24,415 nucleotides of DNA from a virus (taxonomy: Duplodnaviria; Caudoviricetes), in the IMG/VR virus record IMGVR_UViG_3300002092_000189, positions 1 to 24,415 of that record. The stretch is one strand, 5' to 3'. Below are positions 7,101-16,121 of this stretch, piece after piece. Both the position numbers and the translations under genes were made by a program. The notes beneath the pieces are model-generated. The model saw nothing but the letters and a program-made list of their open reading frames with translations, was not told the DNA's origin and ran no database searches. Position 1 is the first letter of the stretch; each line of letters begins with the position of its first letter.

Positions 7101-7164
7101 GAGCTCTAGTAGGTACCGCATCCCTGTTTAGAAACGATGGTATGCATTGGGCCAGCTAGAGCTT
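7101..7164 (+). ncRNA. small stem-closed element between promoter and tRNA
   Basis: AGCTCTAG...CTAGAGCT stem starting about 7 nt after TAGAAT (7088-7093). Confidence 0.4.
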
Positions 7165-7167
7165 TAT

Positions 7168-7240
7168 TGACCTTTAGCTCAGCCGGCAGAGCGCTCGACT
7201 GTTAATCGAGTTGTCCCTGGTTCGATCCCAGGAAGGTCAG
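7168..7240 (+). tRNA. tRNA-Asn (GTT), CCA not encoded
   Basis: Acceptor TGACCTT/AAGGTCA; anticodon arm CTCGA-CTGTTAA-TCGAG; T-loop TTCGATC. Confidence 0.97.
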
Positions 7241-7288
7241 CAATCGTGTAGTTACACCAGTAGCTGCCCGCCGAAGATTTGGAAAGTT

Positions 7289-7492
7289 ATGGATATGTTT
7301 ATTGGATATTTAGGAATGGCAGCAGGTATGTTGCTAATGTGGTTATGGCTGACTGAAGGGTCGCCTTATGCCCGTAAAACAAAAAAGGATAAAAATATAG
7401 TTAACGTACTTTGCTACCATTGTGGCCGTATGTATAAGACCGGGCATGAAAATGTACGTACATCTAACTATTGCAATAATTGTAGGGATTAA
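7289..7492 (+). CDS. small membrane-anchored protein with CxxC..CxxC
   Basis: Start moved to 7289 because the longer ORF overlaps the tRNA; N-terminal TM helix. Confidence 0.65.
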   Translation: MDMFIGYLGMAAGMLLMWLWLTEGSPYARKTKKDKNIVNVLCYHCGRMYKTGHENVRTSNYCNNCRD

Positions 7493-7493
7493 T

Positions 7494-7661
7494 ATGCCAA
7501 AGTATGATTATAAGTGCGATAAGTGTAACTCTGTTATTGAGATTACCCGATCCTTTGATGAGGACAGTTCACCTATGTGTACTAGCTGTAATTCCACTAT
7601 GGTTCGTCAATGGAGTGTTACTCCCGCAATATTTCGTGGTGGAGGCTGGGGAGGTAAGTAA
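7494..7661 (+). CDS. FmdB-family zinc ribbon protein
   Basis: MPKYDYKCDKC...CTSC...R......IFRGGGW. Confidence 0.9.
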   Translation: MPKYDYKCDKCNSVIEITRSFDEDSSPMCTSCNSTMVRQWSVTPAIFRGGGWGGK

Positions 7662-8086
7662 TGTCAGATAGATATCGGGCTAAGAGGTTTATGCCTTCAG
7701 TTGACCCAGATAACTATGCTGCTATTGCTGCTTCTTTAAAGCAGGACCGTGAACGTAGCCGACTCTGTGGACCTGGCTATGAAGAGATTTACGCCCCTCA
7801 ATCTGATCCGTTAAGGCCTAGAGCCCAGAAGTGCTGTTATAACCCAACTACTGAAACCCTAGTTATTGTAATGACAGACCCCGGCGTCGGTGGTAGACCT
7901 AGATATTCTTGGATCCAGTATGATATGGTTTACCCTGAAATGTGGGAAGAATTAAAATCTGGCACATCTACCAATGAGTTTGTTACCCAAGCTCTTAGTG
8001 GTTGGCCTTGGTTAACAACTTCATTTGGACAATTACCGCGTACACGCTCTGAAACTTTTGAAATGGGTTTCCAAGAGTACTTATGA
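7661..8086 (+). CDS. KTSC-domain protein (paralogue of 5274..5771)
   Basis: RA...YNPTTETLVIV...YDMVYPEMWEELKSGTST. Confidence 0.75.
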   Translation: MSDRYRAKRFMPSVDPDNYAAIAASLKQDRERSRLCGPGYEEIYAPQSDPLRPRAQKCCYNPTTETLVIVMTDPGVGGRPRYSWIQYDMVYPEMWEELKSGTSTNEFVTQALSGWPWLTTSFGQLPRTRSETFEMGFQEYL

Positions 8087-8113
8087 TAGGCTAAGTCTCT
8101 ACGAGAGGGTAAG

Positions 8114-8680
8114 ATGACAACATTAGTAGCTATTCAAGGTGACGGTTGGTCTGTCATTGGGTGTGATAGTCGTGCATCTAGTGAAGATGGTCGTTATATG
8201 AACTTAGCAACCCCAAAGATTGTAGATAACAACGGAATACTTATTGCTGTATCTGGTGCCTCCCGTGGTGGAAATATTACACAATTTGGTTGGAAACCAC
8301 CAAAACCTCGCGTTAACGAAAATTTAGATTATTTTGTAACAAATAAGTTTATACCCCAAATGCGTGAGGCTTTTATTAAATCTGGTTATGATGCCAAAGA
8401 TGATGGCGATGCTGCCGGTCATGACTCAAGCCTTATAGTTTCTATACGCGGCGTTCTATACCCTATCTTTGAAGATTACTCGTGGGATCGTGAAGCCCGA
8501 AACATTTACTACGCAGGTAGTGGTGGAGATGTAGCTCTTGGTGCTTTAGAGGCTTTAGAGTATTCTAAGACTAAGACACCAGAGGTTGCCGAAAAAATTC
8601 TTCGTAAGGCTATAGAGATTGCCTGTAAACATGACATATATTCAGGTGGAAAAATCATTACACACATACAAACGGCGTAA
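8114..8680 (+). CDS. HslV/proteasome-beta-like Ntn protease
   Basis: M-TT N-terminus, IGCDSR, K33-equivalent (PKI), GSGG, D..SGG. Confidence 0.9.
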   Translation: MTTLVAIQGDGWSVIGCDSRASSEDGRYMNLATPKIVDNNGILIAVSGASRGGNITQFGWKPPKPRVNENLDYFVTNKFIPQMREAFIKSGYDAKDDGDAAGHDSSLIVSIRGVLYPIFEDYSWDREARNIYYAGSGGDVALGALEALEYSKTKTPEVAEKILRKAIEIACKHDIYSGGKIITHIQTA

Positions 8681-8750
8681 TCCTTAATATTATAGTCCCG
8701 TCCCTAAGTGCACCGGGACGATAAACCCTCTATATAGAAAAGGTAAAATA

Positions 8751-10100
8751 ATGGCCACAAATATTGAAGGCAATACCCTTGAATCGTGGACAGTTTACTC
8801 TGGTAATCCAAAGACTGGAAATACTAGCGCAACTGTAACAACGACTTCATCAACATATGCAAACGCAATGTTGAACAGCGTAACAACATCTACATCAACT
8901 GGAAACGTTGCAGTTGATTTTGTATGGAAGAATCACGCACTTCAGCCAAACGATGTGCGTACCGCAACAACTGTAGCATCTGTTTCTGCTGCTGATAGCA
9001 CAGTCTACCCAGGCTATATTCAGTTCACAACTTCAGCTGCTCACGGCTTTACCCAAGGACAGAACGTATCAATTTCTGGTATTCCAGAAAAAGTTATTGG
9101 TGCTGTTGGATCCCTTGGAAATCCGATTAACTTTACTCAAGCTAACATTGACTCTGTACCAAGCTCAACAACATTCACAATTCAGTCTAACTTGCCTGCT
9201 TCATTGACAGGTTTGTCTGCTACTGCTACAACTGTTTCAGAGACAACATACACTTATGGTGGAACAGATAATGCACAATGGACTAGCGCTTCAACTTTAG
9301 CTTCAATGGATTTGGACTTCACAAAGGGTTACCACGAAATTATTGAGTCTAACTACTCAGGTTATCCATCATTTACTGCAGGATCTGCAAAGCTTATGGT
9401 TACAGCTGCTAAGGGCGACGGAACAACCGTTACTTACACAGCTCAATCAATCGGAACTGTCCCAGCTTCTCTAGTCGGACAAAACGTAAGCATCACAGGT
9501 TGCTCAACCTCTGCATTCAACCTTTCAAACGTTACGATCGCATCAGCTACTGCTTATCAGTTCACAGTAACTAACTCAGCTGGTTCAGGCGTATCAATCA
9601 CAGGACAAAATGCAATTGCACAACTTGGTGCTGGTGCTTCTGATTCTGATGGTGCATACGTTTCAGGTGCCCCATTCGTAACAGTTCCAAACGTTATTGG
9701 TCTTACAACTGCAAATGCTCAGGCAGTTCTTGCAGCTGGCGAGTTCACAGTAACAACAGCATCTGGCGTAACTCCAGCTATCTCTAACGTAGCTCTCACA
9801 AGCAACGTTGCTACAATCACTACTGCTGCAGCCCACGGCTTTGCAGTCGGTGACCTTGTTACTGTTGCAGCTGTTACAGCCACAACTGTTAACGCAACAC
9901 TCGTTGCTATTGCAACAGTTCCTACAACAACTACCTTCACTTACGCTAAGACAGCTACAAACGTTGTTTCAGCTGCGGACACAGGTACTGTTAAGGTCCC
10001 AGCACGTTTCAGCACCATCAAGACTCAGTCTGTTGCTGCCGGAACTGCTTCAAAGGCAATTGGAGCTGCAATTACAATCACACCTTACGCAGCTTCCTAA
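8751..10100 (+). CDS. Thr/Ala-rich virion-surface protein with repeated beta domains and a C-terminal PASTA domain
   Basis: TTxAAHGF..G..V repeats; VTVPNVIGLT..AQAVL and TIKTQSVAAGT..GAAITIT; strong RBS; own terminator. Confidence 0.75.
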   Translation: MATNIEGNTLESWTVYSGNPKTGNTSATVTTTSSTYANAMLNSVTTSTSTGNVAVDFVWKNHALQPNDVRTATTVASVSAADSTVYPGYIQFTTSAAHGFTQGQNVSISGIPEKVIGAVGSLGNPINFTQANIDSVPSSTTFTIQSNLPASLTGLSATATTVSETTYTYGGTDNAQWTSASTLASMDLDFTKGYHEIIESNYSGYPSFTAGSAKLMVTAAKGDGTTVTYTAQSIGTVPASLVGQNVSITGCSTSAFNLSNVTIASATAYQFTVTNSAGSGVSITGQNAIAQLGAGASDSDGAYVSGAPFVTVPNVIGLTTANAQAVLAAGEFTVTTASGVTPAISNVALTSNVATITTAAAHGFAVGDLVTVAAVTATTVNATLVAIATVPTTTTFTYAKTATNVVSAADTGTVKVPARFSTIKTQSVAAGTASKAIGAAITITPYAAS

Positions 10101-10116
10101 GTTTCGTAAACAAAAC

Positions 10117-10144
10117 AGCCGGGAGTTCACACTCCCGGCTTTTT
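10117..10144 (+). terminator. intrinsic terminator
   Basis: AGCCGGGAGT-tcac-ACTCCCGGCT followed by TTTT. Confidence 0.9.
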
Positions 10145-10165
10145 GCTTTAGTGAGATAATAACGT

Positions 10166-10435
10166 ATGACTTACACTAAGAAAGAGCATCGCCAGTTTAA
10201 GGTGCCTAAAAAAGACCCAGCTACTGTGGGAAGACTTGGTGGAGGCTATCCAGTCCAAGCCAATGATTGCTGGCAAGACGCTTATGGTGTAGGATTTACC
10301 GGTATAGGAAACTATGGCGGGTCAAGTATGGACTCAACCTCAAGCCAAGGGATGGATGCAGATGACACAGGTACTGGAGCAGGACCAACAGGAGATGCAG
10401 CGGGCGGAGCAATCGCAGGGTCGAATTCAGTGTGA
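10166..10435 (+). CDS. hypothetical Gly-rich protein
   Basis: ORF track; possible leaderless start after GATAAT. Confidence 0.6.
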   Translation: MTYTKKEHRQFKVPKKDPATVGRLGGGYPVQANDCWQDAYGVGFTGIGNYGGSSMDSTSSQGMDADDTGTGAGPTGDAAGGAIAGSNSV

Positions 10436-10577
10436 TAGCTGCTCAGCTAGAGCAACGGTCATATCTATTCTTCCTTTTGGAGAATTAGCCTTTTGTATGC
10501 ACCACTATAATCAAAACGCTCAAGCACTTACAGACCGAGGCGGAATTGCTAAACTTTTGCCTGTAACTGAATACTAA
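10356..10577 (+). CDS. small zinc-binding protein of actinobacterial type (DUF7455-like)
   Basis: CDSCSARA...GELAFCMHH; start uncertain. Confidence 0.7.
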   Translation: MQMTQVLEQDQQEMQRAEQSQGRIQCDSCSARATVISILPFGELAFCMHHYNQNAQALTDRGGIAKLLPVTEY

Positions 10578-10590
10578 GATCGGAAACTCT

Positions 10591-11397
10591 ATGAATTTTG
10601 GCAAAGGCGGACAAAATATTGTCCAATCCGGAAACAATAACCCGAATATATTTAAGGGAGCCGGTGGATTTTTTGGAGCCCTTCTTAATCAAAAACTACG
10701 TATCCAAGAGCGTGATTATCACCGCACAAAAGATGAAGAGTCTCGCATTCGTGTTAACAAAGCTAAAGATGAATCAGGTTTAAGAACTAGGGCAATTGAA
10801 AAAGCTATTCAAGGACCTCTTGCGTCAATGTACTATGATCATGCATTTGAAACTTTAGGTGAAGACCACCCAGATGTTCTTGATCCAAAGAAAGATGCAA
10901 AAGCAGATGATTATAAACGCCCTGAATTTGCAAAAGCAGTTTTTGAACGAGGATTAACGTCCGGTAAGCACGGAGTATATCCTGCTCAAGTCCCTGCAAG
11001 TATTTCACAAATTGAAGGTTGGAAAAAGTACAACGAAGAAAAAGCGGCAAAACTTGGTAGCAGAAAAACTGATACTAATGGTAACAAAGTAGATACTTCT
11101 GCCGCTATTGCTTCTTCTCCAGTTGGTGGATTTAACCCAAAGGAGTCAGACATTCAAGAGTCTTTGTATGCTAATAATAATCCAAACTATTTCCCATTTG
11201 AATCTACTGCAGGTTCTTCTGGAAACTTTAGTCCAACAAAATTTAATAATGATGAGCAGCCTACCTTTAGTGAAACAGATGCAGACGAGATTCGCGCAAA
11301 CAATAAACAAACACCTTTTGATACAAAAGAAGGCTACAAAGAACGTACAGCCCATCTAACAGATGGTATTAATGATGGCAAAGGCGGAAATAAATAA
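10591..11397 (+). CDS. hypothetical protein (268 aa), possible internal virion protein
   Basis: Long ORF; hydrophilic; GAGGFFGA stretch. Confidence 0.75.
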   Translation: MNFGKGGQNIVQSGNNNPNIFKGAGGFFGALLNQKLRIQERDYHRTKDEESRIRVNKAKDESGLRTRAIEKAIQGPLASMYYDHAFETLGEDHPDVLDPKKDAKADDYKRPEFAKAVFERGLTSGKHGVYPAQVPASISQIEGWKKYNEEKAAKLGSRKTDTNGNKVDTSAAIASSPVGGFNPKESDIQESLYANNNPNYFPFESTAGSSGNFSPTKFNNDEQPTFSETDADEIRANNKQTPFDTKEGYKERTAHLTDGINDGKGGNK

Positions 11398-13787
11398 TGG
11401 CCGGTCAGTTTGATAAGTTTATAAAAATACTTGGTAATGGTGCTAAGCCAGATAGAGTAGTAGGTACTTGGAAAAAGAACGATGCTGGAATCAAACCAGG
11501 AACCCCAGTTACTATGGCTATTGATGCACCAGATTACACAGCAAACGTAGATCCTAACGGTGAAGTAAAACAAACTCCTCCAAAGAAAATATCACAACGT
11601 GCAGCTCGTTATGCATCTATGCGTTTAGGCAATGTTAGATCTGAAGGTAAATTAAAACGTATTGATACTTCACGGGCAGGAGTTAATTCTGAAAATCCTC
11701 GTCCTCTTCCTGATTTAAGTGATAGTGTTGTACAACGTGGTGCTAACCCTAAATATCTTGCTGCAGATGTTCAAAGAGAAAATGAAGATGCAGCGGCACG
11801 TACTGAAGCAGATAGAAGTAAATCTGGTGTAATTCGTGAAGATTTAACTGGTGAAGATGCATTTAATACTTCGGAAGAATCTAGTGGTTCTACTATTCGT
11901 TCTATCAACGGTGTTACCTATGATATGAATGAGTGGAAGAATGGCACAGGTTTTGTAGAAAAAGATAGACGACCTGAACGACCTTCAGCATCAGAGCTTC
12001 AAGGAGCTACATGGGCTGGATCACAGCCTGAAGCCAAAGCCCTTTCTAAAGGAAAAGAATACAAGCCTGCAACAAAAAAAATCTCTGATTACAAACCAAC
12101 TAAATCAAAAGGCGATATTGCATCTCAAAAAGCAGATGAAAATTTACTACGAGGCAATCGTCTTTACGAACAAAGCGAAGCTGAAAAAGAAGCGGATAAA
12201 AGAACCGGCCCAAGAAGAAAACCACGTGTAGAAAAATTTGATAAACCATCTGAAGTTATTGGTTCTGAAGCAGTTACTGAAGTACAAGGGCCAGAAAAAC
12301 AATATGTTGAAAATGATCCTGAAAAAATGTTGGGACACCTTAGTGATGAAGACTATAATGCTCGCGCAGAAAATGCCGATATTCTAAGTACAACTATGCG
12401 TGAAGTTCAACCAGAAGGTCCTGCTCGCCCTGTAGTATTAGGACATGTTCCTGTAAGAGCTCCAGGTCAAGCGGCTGACGCTGTAAAACCAACAGTTAAT
12501 GTTCGAGGAAATGTAGTACCTCAAACTGCACTGAATACTCACGGAAATATGCCCGTAGATAGAACACAGGCAGATGAAGAAAATAAATCTCTTCTTGAAA
12601 ATAAAATTCCTGCTACAAGTCCTACTGTAGTTGATCAAAACGTAAGGCCTGCTTCAGCACAAAGCGGCAACACGCCTGAGCGTATGGCAGTATTTGCAGC
12701 AATACGTAACAACTACTCTGCATCTTTAGCCAAAGAGAATAAAACTTTGACTACTGTTCCCGAAGACGTTTTAGAGACTGCAAAAGCTATTGGTAGGGCG
12801 CACCCTAATAATCTTACTGAAGATTACATGAGTACCCCAGAATTTCTAGGATCAGAACATGTTGCAAAAGCAAAAGTTGCACATGCTTTTAATGTTCATC
12901 ACCTATTAGGTACTGATAGAGATCCTTTAGCAAAGTATCTTGGTAAAAATAAAATAACAGCAAAAAGTCGTTTATCTTATTTATATAAAGTTGTTGATAG
13001 AAATGCTCGTGGAAATCCTGAAGTAGTTCCTGGAGAATTTGAAACTTTTCGTGGCCATGTTGTTGCTGGATTAAGCCCTCAAGCAGCTTTACGTGCTCTT
13101 AAGAAAAATTTAACTACCAAAGTAACAATTGGTGGTAAATCACCTACTTTGGCAGAGCCAGCACCTATTGCCGGTGTAAAAACTCTTTCATCGGAAGCAA
13201 GTCGCATAGTTCATGCCTCTACAACAACAAATATAATGCATCAACAAGAAAAAGCTAGAAAAAGAGTTATGCGTAATACTAATAATGAAGGTGCTATTCC
13301 TTCAATAAAAGATTTAAAGGCAGCTCATACAGCCGGACATATTGATGAAGCAGAAGCTATGGATTTAAATCCAAAATTAGAACGTCTTGAAAAATCTACA
13401 CCTAAGTTTACTGAAATTTCTCAAGCTCATTCTGAAGGCCATATTACTGAAGAAGAGGGTAAAGAATTAAATCCAAACTGGAATAAAAATGTAGGCCAAC
13501 AATTCCAGGGTGTTGGAACACCTGCTGCTCCTGATGCTAGATTTGGAAGAGTAAACGTTCGCCAAATTGGTGAAGAAGCTACTTCAGCTGGCATGCGTGA
13601 CCTTAATAAACGAGAAGAAATTAATAAGGCAACAAAAGTACCAAAAACTGATGACTCTAGATCACTTTTTTCTAATACTGAAGAAGCTGAGCAAATCCCA
13701 ACAAATGCCGATACTTATTCAGAAAATATGCTTAAGAAACTTAATCGCGGACCAAAGCGTATGACTGAAGTTGCAGATGAGTCCTAA
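11397..13787 (+). CDS. large, mostly disordered hypothetical protein (796 aa)
   Basis: Long ORF; TAATG coupling; charged/Pro-rich; two C-terminal AH..GHI.E.E...LNP repeats. Confidence 0.85.
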   Translation: MAGQFDKFIKILGNGAKPDRVVGTWKKNDAGIKPGTPVTMAIDAPDYTANVDPNGEVKQTPPKKISQRAARYASMRLGNVRSEGKLKRIDTSRAGVNSENPRPLPDLSDSVVQRGANPKYLAADVQRENEDAAARTEADRSKSGVIREDLTGEDAFNTSEESSGSTIRSINGVTYDMNEWKNGTGFVEKDRRPERPSASELQGATWAGSQPEAKALSKGKEYKPATKKISDYKPTKSKGDIASQKADENLLRGNRLYEQSEAEKEADKRTGPRRKPRVEKFDKPSEVIGSEAVTEVQGPEKQYVENDPEKMLGHLSDEDYNARAENADILSTTMREVQPEGPARPVVLGHVPVRAPGQAADAVKPTVNVRGNVVPQTALNTHGNMPVDRTQADEENKSLLENKIPATSPTVVDQNVRPASAQSGNTPERMAVFAAIRNNYSASLAKENKTLTTVPEDVLETAKAIGRAHPNNLTEDYMSTPEFLGSEHVAKAKVAHAFNVHHLLGTDRDPLAKYLGKNKITAKSRLSYLYKVVDRNARGNPEVVPGEFETFRGHVVAGLSPQAALRALKKNLTTKVTIGGKSPTLAEPAPIAGVKTLSSEASRIVHASTTTNIMHQQEKARKRVMRNTNNEGAIPSIKDLKAAHTAGHIDEAEAMDLNPKLERLEKSTPKFTEISQAHSEGHITEEEGKELNPNWNKNVGQQFQGVGTPAAPDARFGRVNVRQIGEEATSAGMRDLNKREEINKATKVPKTDDSRSLFSNTEEAEQIPTNADTYSENMLKKLNRGPKRMTEVADES

Positions 13788-13969
13788 TGTCTCGATCAGA
13801 GGTTTTTTCTTCTAAACCGCGTGAAGTTAAGGTCTTTAAAGATCTACGCCATAATGCACGAGAAGCTGCAGAGGATCTAACCGGTCTTAAGCCTGATCAA
13901 GCTGATGACTCACACGTTATCACACGCCAAAAATCTGGTCGTGGTGCTAGTGGTGAATCGAGTAATTAA
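13787..13969 (+). CDS. hypothetical protein (60 aa)
   Basis: TAATG coupling at both ends. Confidence 0.7.
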   Translation: MSRSEVFSSKPREVKVFKDLRHNAREAAEDLTGLKPDQADDSHVITRQKSGRGASGESSN

Positions 13970-14259
13970 TGGGACGAAAGCGTAAAGAACTTTACTTTGG
14001 TGCTAAAAGCGGCAATGGGTTTCCTCGTATCCGCATGTCTATATCTGATAGAAATTCTAACGCTGCGCGTCCCTGGAATCATCCAGATGTAATTAAAGCT
14101 TCAGAAGCTTATGGTGTAAACTTAACTAGCCACAAAGATGTAGCCTCTCATGAAGATAGGTTAGAGGCTGCGGGAAATTTAAAACCTAGTGAACGTATGA
14201 CTTGTGTACAATGTGGTAGATTTAATAAAGAGTGCGGATGCACAGAGGAGTGGAAATGA
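13969..14259 (+). CDS. hypothetical protein with C-terminal CxxC..CxC
   Basis: Coupled ORF. Confidence 0.7.
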   Translation: MGRKRKELYFGAKSGNGFPRIRMSISDRNSNAARPWNHPDVIKASEAYGVNLTSHKDVASHEDRLEAAGNLKPSERMTCVQCGRFNKECGCTEEWK

Positions 14260-14519
14260 CAACTAAAAAGAAATCTGCTGCTTGGACTCGTAAAGAAGGC
14301 CAAAACCCTAATGGTGGGTTAAATGCTAAAGGACGTGCTTCTGCTAAAAAAGAAGGACACGATCTTAAAGCTCCTAGCAAAGACCACGGTAACAAACGTC
14401 ATAAATCTTTCTGTGCTCGTATGAAAGGCATGAAAGCTAAAAACACTGGAAGTAAAGCGGCTCGTGATCCAAACAGCCGTATTAACAAATCTCTACGTGC
14501 ATGGGATTGTAGCTGCTAA
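14256..14519 (+). CDS. DUF6321-like basic protein
   Basis: AWTRKEG.NP.GGLN..RHKSFCARM.G..DPNSRINKSLRAWDC; GAGGAG RBS. Confidence 0.8.
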   Translation: MTTKKKSAAWTRKEGQNPNGGLNAKGRASAKKEGHDLKAPSKDHGNKRHKSFCARMKGMKAKNTGSKAARDPNSRINKSLRAWDCSC

Positions 14520-14544
14520 TGGCCACTAAGAAAAAAGGTAACTA

Positions 14545-15081
14545 ATGGCTGCTGCGCCAGGAAATAGAGGGGAAAGACCAGACTGTAGGTTTTGTGATAG
14601 GCCTGCCACTCAACTGGCGCACCCAGGGTATAAAGAGCTAAATCATAAGCATTTAAAAGAAATACGTCAACCCGCAGCACTTCGTAGATCTCCCGAACAT
14701 GCGGTATGTGACTCTCATTTAGACTCATATAATAATATTGCGGCTATTAGAGTCGGTCTTATGCCAGAACCAAAATCAGAGGTCTCGTGCCGAGACTGTG
14801 GTGAAAAAATGCGTAATCTTGAAATGGATAGCCATGCTGATCTGCATAAGTTAGGAAGAGAGGCGCACAGTATGGCTTTAAAGGAAAAACTTAACAACTC
14901 GATAGAAAATTTAAATAATATGATCAAGCAGGATTGGGAATCCCGTGTAGCAAGAGTAGAACAGCTTCGAAATCTGAGTATTCAACTAACTAATCATCAA
15001 GACAAACTAGAAACAGAAATAGAACAGAGTCATAGAAAAGATAGGCCTAATACAGGGGAAGATTATGGGGACCACTACTAA
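14545..15081 (+). CDS. hypothetical protein with Cys/His zinc motifs and coiled coil
   Basis: CRFC..CDSH; CRDC-x11-H-x3-H. Confidence 0.7.
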   Translation: MAAAPGNRGERPDCRFCDRPATQLAHPGYKELNHKHLKEIRQPAALRRSPEHAVCDSHLDSYNNIAAIRVGLMPEPKSEVSCRDCGEKMRNLEMDSHADLHKLGREAHSMALKEKLNNSIENLNNMIKQDWESRVARVEQLRNLSIQLTNHQDKLETEIEQSHRKDRPNTGEDYGDHY

Positions 15082-15380
15082 TGACAACTAAGAAAAAAGA
15101 AGTAGCTGGCGGTAAAGAGTATAAAGGTTCTGCTGCTAATGGCGGCCGTAAAATTATTGTTGAGCACTACAAAGATTCAGCTGGTAAGTGGCACACTACC
15201 TCTAAGAACGCTGCCCGTGCTAAGTATGAGAAAAAAACAGGTAAGAAGTTACCACGAAATGTTGACGTGGACCATAGGAATAACAACCACGATGATGATT
15301 CTACCGGAAACCTGCGCCCGCTTTCTCACGGTAAGAATACCGCTAAAGAAAACAAGCGCAGGGCCGGCAAGAAATCTTAG
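15081..15380 (+). CDS. small basic HNH-motif protein
   Basis: DVDHRNNNHDDDSTGNLRPLSHGKN. Confidence 0.75.
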   Translation: MTTKKKEVAGGKEYKGSAANGGRKIIVEHYKDSAGKWHTTSKNAARAKYEKKTGKKLPRNVDVDHRNNNHDDDSTGNLRPLSHGKNTAKENKRRAGKKS

Positions 15381-15892
15381 ACCGAGGGTACTGCTTTTAA
15401 CCAATATTGAACTACTCCACTATATTTTTCATTTTTACCGGCTCTCCATGCTGTCCAATTTTGACCCCCAGCAGACATTTTAAAGGCTATCTGGGCGTTA
15501 GTGACCGGATCATATAGGTCATCGGCTGAACTAAGCTTATACTGGCTTATACGGGCTTTTAAAGGCCCATACAGATTGATCTGAAAGATGCCATAAGAGC
15601 TATCCCCAGTTTTGGCATTGCCATTATGGGATCTAGGATTTCCGTGGGATTCTTTCATAGCAACAGCCCAAGCAGTTTTTAAACCTTGGCCTCTAAAGCC
15701 GGTTAGGCGTAAAAGGTCATATACCTGAACTTTGGTGAGTTTTTTCATTCCTGAATACTTTAAGACGGGGTCTACGCACGTGGGGACCACTACTGCCTTA
15801 ACAGCATTAGCTGTTGATGTTAGGGTATTTGTTAGCGTTAACATGAATGCACACGCTATTACTATTAGTTTTCTTTTTCCATTAAAATGCAC
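15377..15892 (-). CDS. secreted lysozyme-like/lytic transglycosylase (Rpf-like)
   Basis: Signal peptide; AWAVAMKES catalytic Glu; SYGIFQIN; L.DP..NAQIA; W.AW; AGGAGA RBS. Confidence 0.9.
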   Translation of the reverse strand: MHFNGKRKLIVIACAFMLTLTNTLTSTANAVKAVVVPTCVDPVLKYSGMKKLTKVQVYDLLRLTGFRGQGLKTAWAVAMKESHGNPRSHNGNAKTGDSSYGIFQINLYGPLKARISQYKLSSADDLYDPVTNAQIAFKMSAGGQNWTAWRAGKNEKYSGVVQYWLKAVPSV

Positions 15893-16039
15893 ACTATCTC
15901 CTAGGCTAGAAAGCCAACCCGAATCTCAATCTATCTGTCACATAGATGGAAATAGCTCAGCGTCTGTATGCCAAGCTAGTTGCAACTCTTTTGTTTCGTT
16001 GTTAGTGTTGGGGAGGTTTATTTCCCTATATCTATCCTA
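15893..16039 (-). promoter_or_regulatory. promoter and about 135-nt structured leader
   Basis: TAGGAT at 16039-16034; hairpins at 16026-16011, 15978-15953, 15947-15929 and 15920-15903. Confidence 0.55.
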
Positions 16040-16121
16040 TCAGTAAATACAGGGTTGGCGCAACCACCAAACCTAAATATGGTGTAAGATAGATCACACA
16101 ATAGTTAAAAAGGGGCAAAAT

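Noticed and set aside
7211-7288. N-terminal extension of the 93-aa ORF
   Set aside because: Overlaps the tRNA; ATG 7289 is the better start.
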